DNA of 64,000 nucleotides, taken from assembly GCA_020184695.1 (NCBI GenBank), contig JAANOX010000134.1, positions 124,001 through 188,000 of the forward strand, written 5' to 3'. Origin of the DNA: Histomonas meleagridis 2922-C6/04-290x. Taxonomy: Eukaryota > Protista > Parabasalia. Below the pieces are notes generated by a model. The model saw only the letters and a program-made list of their open reading frames with translations, had not been told where the DNA came from and made no database searches. The position numbers and the translations under genes are program-made. Of the stretch, positions 59,702-64,000 are shown piece after piece (positions within the stretch are counted from its first letter, which is position 1; every line of letters starts with the position of its first letter).

Positions 59702-60436
59702 ATGCATGAGAAAGAAACTCAAAGTGATTCCAGTTATGATCCTGAAATTCAAGAAAAGAAAACAAGTGACACAACATATACGCATTGTTCATTTAATTTT
59801 TCATGTGAATGCTTAAAGCCAGAAAAGATTCATGAAACTCTAAACAAGCACATAAAACTTGTTAATGAAATTCAAGCAATGCTTATGTTTAGACATCCTA
59901 TTCCTATGGTTATTCTTATTATTCTTGTTGATATTTGCTTTTATTTGTACAGTTCCCTCAATCTAAATTTTTATGCTCTTTTTATGTTATTAATAATTTC
60001 AAGATTAATTTACAAAGTTTTTATAGATACAGTAAAACAATCGTTTAACAACTTTTTGGCAAATAGTGATCAAATACCAAAAGGTGAAGGCCCAAATCGA
60101 ATTCGTTCTATTGAAGAAGTTGAATCATTTTTGAATAAGGTTTTGAAGCCTTATTTTGATTTCTATAATATCATTAAGAAACTTGCGCATGATGAAACTG
60201 TGGTTGGAATGCTGATTTTCGCTGGAATTTTGTTCTTCGCATTTGCTATAACAGCTTCAATAAATTATTTTCGATTATTTGTGATTGCTGTAAATGCCCT
60301 CTTAATATTGCCAGGCGTAATATTTCATCCAGTTGTTCGTGAACAGTTTCAAAAGATTATGGAAAAGATACAAAAAGCTGCGAAAGATAAAAAGGAAGGA
60401 GTTGAAGAAAAGGTTGAACATGAAAAAGCACAATGA
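59702..60436 (+). CDS. Reticulon/ARL6IP-like membrane protein
   Basis: Two long hydrophobic segments separated by a roughly 65-aa loop, with charged termini. This is a topology-based call only. Confidence 0.55.
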   Translation: MHEKETQSDSSYDPEIQEKKTSDTTYTHCSFNFSCECLKPEKIHETLNKHIKLVNEIQAMLMFRHPIPMVILIILVDICFYLYSSLNLNFYALFMLLIISRLIYKVFIDTVKQSFNNFLANSDQIPKGEGPNRIRSIEEVESFLNKVLKPYFDFYNIIKKLAHDETVVGMLIFAGILFFAFAITASINYFRLFVIAVNALLILPGVIFHPVVREQFQKIMEKIQKAAKDKKEGVEEKVEHEKAQ

Positions 60437-60687
60437 TTAACTAAACATTCAATTAATTTCAAAGAAACTTTTAAGCATATGCTTTGACGAGCATTTTGTC
60501 TGTATTATTTTGTGAATATAAAAAATATTTTTTTTAATGTTGTTGTGAATGATGCATCATTAGCAAATTCCTTGAATAAATCTTTAGCAATGCAACACCT
60601 TAATAGAAGTATTTAGAAAGAAATAATTGTTGAAGGATTTAAAATGATTTTCGACTTGGTTGTTTGCAGAAAGAAAAAAATGTTTTC

Positions 60688-60695
60688 GGGTGCCC
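60688..60695. promoter_or_regulatory. GGGCACCC motif (copy 4, GGGTGCCC)
   Basis: 28 nt upstream of ATG 60723. Confidence 0.5.
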
Positions 60696-60722
60696 TAAAA
60701 TATACGTTAAACTTCAAAATCC

Positions 60723-62534
60723 ATGTATTCGAATATAAATTCCACGCAATTCCAATACACATCAAGCGAATTCTCAGAGTTGTGGAATTATGTTCAGTCA
60801 TCTGATCCAAATTCAATTAGAATCACAAATGACACAGTTGCATTAAATAAAATTATGAATTTATTTGTTCAAACAGACTTTTCAAGAGATCCAAGAGTTA
60901 ACAAGAACCCTACACTCGTTAAGCTTCTTCATCTTATTCAATTAGTTTTGCATTATATGTCTCGATGCCAAGATGAACTCAAAAACATTTCTGAACAAAA
61001 AAGTGATCAAATTTTAAAACTTAAAGCACAAGATAAAAAATATAAACCATTATTTGAAAAATATTATACACTATGGAAACGTTCTAAAAGAGCAGCTAAA
61101 TGTCCTTCTTGTTATAGATTATTTGAATCAATGGATCATTTAGATGGTCACATCAAACGTCGACATCCACACTTCCTTGAAGCTTGGGTTTCAATTCGCC
61201 AAAACAAGGAATGTGAAGTTCAAGATACCACTAAACAAATGAAAACTCAAATTGTCAAATTAAAACAGAAAATCAAAGACATTTCCAAGTCAAAAGAAAA
61301 AATTACTATTCCACAATCAAATACAACTATTGAGCCATCAAAGCTTACACCTTTTCCTGAAACTCATCCTATACTTAAACTTGCAAATTCTTCTCTTTCA
61401 TTTGAAATCAAAGAAGAAAAAGAAGACAAAGTTCCATTTTCATATCCAAAATCAGAAAAAATAATTCAGACGAATTCAGACGAAGAAAAAATATTTCAAG
61501 TCAATGAAACAAAGAAATCAGATCCTGAAATTAATAAAAAAGCAAATAACCAAGAAATTCGAAATCGTGCGAAAGAATTTCTTGGAAGAAAGAAAGGTTT
61601 AACACTTGCACCATCAGAAGTTAATGACATTGTTGGTAAGATTACTTCACTTATCCATGAGCAAAGTAAAAATCTTAAAAATCCAGATAATCGAACTTCT
61701 ACTGAAATTAGGGATGATCTTGAAGGTGAAATTGAATCAACAATACCAATGAGCGAACAAATTAAATCTGGAAGAAACAACATCAAAACCGTTAGAGAAA
61801 ATAAACCATTCAAAAATAAAAAACAAACCGTTATGCATTCAAAGCTTGTTCAAGAAGAAAAAAGTTTTTCTTCAGCTTTAGAAATACATGGAGACTCAAT
61901 GCCATTCACATCAGATGACCATTCAAGCATGATTATATCTGATGCAGCTGAGTATTTCTCTTATGTTGAAGATCATCCAGATGGTCATCAGCGCAAAAAT
62001 AGTTATATAAGTAGTGAAAATTCTGTGAGTAGCGAAGATGAAGAAATAGTCACAGTTCCATCAAAGCCAAAAGAAAATAGTAAAATTCAAAATTCTGTAA
62101 CAAAACAAAAATCTTTTGAATCTAAATCTTCTGAAAAGACAAATATTTATATGGTTTCATCCGACAAAGAAAGCGCAAATACAAATAAAAGCAAAGAAGA
62201 ACCAAAGCATTTATCTGTAAGTGAACATAAATCAAGTGAAAATAAAGATTCTCAGAAAAATGTTTTTTTACTTAATGATGACGAATATTCTCTTTTAGAC
62301 GAATTACTTTCTTCACAAGATGATAAAGTCACAAATCAAAAAGATAAAAATAGTTTTGGATTTAAGCCAAAGTCTAATGATATGTTACTTTTTAGTGACA
62401 TAAGTTCTGCGGATGATTCAAATCAAGTTACAAATGCAAACGTTGAAAAGAAAAACGTACAAGTGATTAAAAAGCCAACAGTAAAACTTGAGCCGAATTC
62501 ATTAGATCGAGAATTAGCTGAACTTGGAATTTAA
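60723..62534 (+). CDS. DZIP1/Iguana-like protein (Dzip-like N domain, C2H2 finger, coiled coil)
   Basis: LVKLLHLIQLVLHYMSRCQDEL followed by a coiled coil and CPSCYRLFESMDHLDGHIKRRH, the layout of Dzip-like_N proteins. Confidence 0.7.
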   Translation: MYSNINSTQFQYTSSEFSELWNYVQSSDPNSIRITNDTVALNKIMNLFVQTDFSRDPRVNKNPTLVKLLHLIQLVLHYMSRCQDELKNISEQKSDQILKLKAQDKKYKPLFEKYYTLWKRSKRAAKCPSCYRLFESMDHLDGHIKRRHPHFLEAWVSIRQNKECEVQDTTKQMKTQIVKLKQKIKDISKSKEKITIPQSNTTIEPSKLTPFPETHPILKLANSSLSFEIKEEKEDKVPFSYPKSEKIIQTNSDEEKIFQVNETKKSDPEINKKANNQEIRNRAKEFLGRKKGLTLAPSEVNDIVGKITSLIHEQSKNLKNPDNRTSTEIRDDLEGEIESTIPMSEQIKSGRNNIKTVRENKPFKNKKQTVMHSKLVQEEKSFSSALEIHGDSMPFTSDDHSSMIISDAAEYFSYVEDHPDGHQRKNSYISSENSVSSEDEEIVTVPSKPKENSKIQNSVTKQKSFESKSSEKTNIYMVSSDKESANTNKSKEEPKHLSVSEHKSSENKDSQKNVFLLNDDEYSLLDELLSSQDDKVTNQKDKNSFGFKPKSNDMLLFSDISSADDSNQVTNANVEKKNVQVIKKPTVKLEPNSLDRELAELGI

Positions 62535-63335
62535 ATAATGTTTTGTAAAAAATTATATAATTTTATTGTTTTTGATTGTACTAAATGCAAGATTTTAGAT
62601 GAAGGCTTGGATATAGATTCATAAAATACGTATTTTTGAGTAAGATACAATATTTGAGCAATTAGAAATTATTTTAATAATTGTGGCTTTATAAAGAATT
62701 TTACTGGTTTAACAGAATGCCTTTTATCCGGTTCTTATATGTTTATATAAGATTTCGAAAACATTCATGTCTTAGATTGCAATCCTGTAACATGTTTCCA
62801 TCTCACATCAAGCGGTTTTTTTTGAATAATCCTCACAATTCTGATTATTTTTCTCACAATTCCAAAAATCTTCGTTTTTGGATTCAATTTATCCAGATTT
62901 TTGTACCAAAAAACCATTGGTAAAATTTGTAGCTCAAAAACTGGGGAAAGATGAAAAACGAAAAGGTTTTTTATCAAGAACATTTCTATATGTAATGAAG
63001 GTTAAAGATTTCTTCACCTGTAACTTCCTGCTTTGTTTTTTCAGGAGAATTGAATAAAGATTTTGAGCGTTTGTATGCAAAACACTTCCCTTCCTTGATG
63101 AAGAGAAGTTTATTGATTTCAATGTTTTTCTATTGAATTTTTGACCGAAACAACAGTTTGGCGCCTTTTTTCGTCCTCAATTCAATAAAATTAACGTCAA
63201 ATTTCGATAAAATCATATCCATTCAAAATTTGTGAGCAAAAATTCCCATCCGATTCAATTATTCAATACGAATACATCAACATTCAATACTTGTATTTCC
63301 TGCTCAGAATTAACTTCACTTGATCATTTTTTCTT

Positions 63336-64000
63336 ATGACATTCCACTTAAAGATATATGCGAGTAGATTTGGGCAACAATTCTATGATGTAATAGTTAC
63401 AAATGATATGAAATCGAAAGATGTTATTCCACTTTTGCATCTTCAATCAAATCTTGAATTGGAGAATCATTATGGTTTAATGGTAGAAAGTTATCAAAAA
63501 GGAAGTTGTCACTGGGTTCCAAGTGACATGACGTTTGATTCAACAATCTTAGATCAACAAGATAGAATTTTTATATCACCACTTAAAAAGATCCTCGAAA
63601 TATGTTTACCAAGAGATTCAAATCAAAAAACATTAATGAATGTAAGTCTTATTGATTCCACAAGATCAGTTGTAGCAGAATGTTGTAAAGAATTTCATAT
63701 TCACCCACATGAAGTTTGGGGTGCATTTATTCATGCTCGTAATGAATTAATCATGCTTAACAATGATCAATCTATAGCCGAACAAACTCAAAAGGTAGAT
63801 AAGATATTCTTAAGACAATATATATTTCCAATTACTAGATCATCTAAGTATTTCAGTCCTTTACCATTATATCTCATTCAATATCGAAAAATGGCAATCA
63901 ATGGTGAATTTTGTACTTTACCAGAAGATCGAGAAGTTCTTCAAAAGTTTATTTGGTATACATCTAAGAATCCATGTTTAAAAGAGTCCAAAACAATAAA
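63336..64000 (+). CDS. 5' part of a gene running off the window; possibly FERM/talin-head-like
   Basis: Open frame from ATG 63336 (MTFHLKIYASRFGQQFYDVIVTNDMKSK...) to the window end, absent from the ORF track. Inr-like TCACTT (63316) and TCATTT (63324) lie upstream. The domain call is tentative. Confidence 0.7.
   Translation, partial: MTFHLKIYASRFGQQFYDVIVTNDMKSKDVIPLLHLQSNLELENHYGLMVESYQKGSCHWVPSDMTFDSTILDQQDRIFISPLKKILEICLPRDSNQKTLMNVSLIDSTRSVVAECCKEFHIHPHEVWGAFIHARNELIMLNNDQSIAEQTQKVDKIFLRQYIFPITRSSKYFSPLPLYLIQYRKMAINGEFCTLPEDREVLQKFIWYTSKNPCLKESKTI

Noticed and set aside
62681-63122. Short overlapping ORFs between the DZIP1-like gene and the last gene
   Set aside because: Mostly non-ATG starts, no motifs and inconsistent frames. 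A frameshifted small gene cannot be excluded but is unsupported.
1-64000. tRNA, rRNA, snRNA genes and autonomous transposons (Maverick, mariner, Mutator)
   Set aside because: No cloverleaf or T-loop context, rRNA-like tract, transposase/integrase motif or long terminal inverted repeat was seen by eye. A covariance-model search was not possible.

Overview
AT-rich, gene-dense, almost intronless eukaryotic DNA. It is inferred to be a parabasalid (Trichomonas/Tritrichomonas-like). Evidence: BspA-type LRR surface proteins, DUF3447-like ankyrin genes, TCA(C/T)TT Inr elements and Myb-site-like AACGGTT motifs just upstream of ATGs, and many TAA stops read as TAAA (the parabasalid polyadenylation signal). 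About 28 genes are present: class I PI3K, uridine-kinase-like protein, a 3076-aa low-complexity protein, ARM proteins, a receiver-domain/PDE fusion, a glycosyltransferase-like protein, DAG kinase, two BspA genes flanking a decayed subtilisin, Myb, a CHD-FYR protein, a DEAH helicase, Atg4, calreticulin, M1 aminopeptidase, a bacterial-type 2-hydroxyacid dehydrogenase, a STE20 pseudokinase and a DZIP1-like protein. There is also a 24-bp minisatellite and an ankyrin-family pseudogene. I found no tRNA, rRNA, CRISPR array, canonical spliceosomal intron or autonomous transposon by eye. Best leads: (1) an ankyrin gene with two homologous spacers of exactly 80 nt at the same position in consecutive repeats, lacking a usable GT-AG pair, which are candidate non-canonical introns; (2) a recurring intergenic GGGCACCC motif; (3) several apparent pseudoenzymes; (4) 40-48 bp bidirectional promoters containing AACGTT. 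All family calls come from motif recognition, not database searches. Several start codons are corrected relative to the ORF track.
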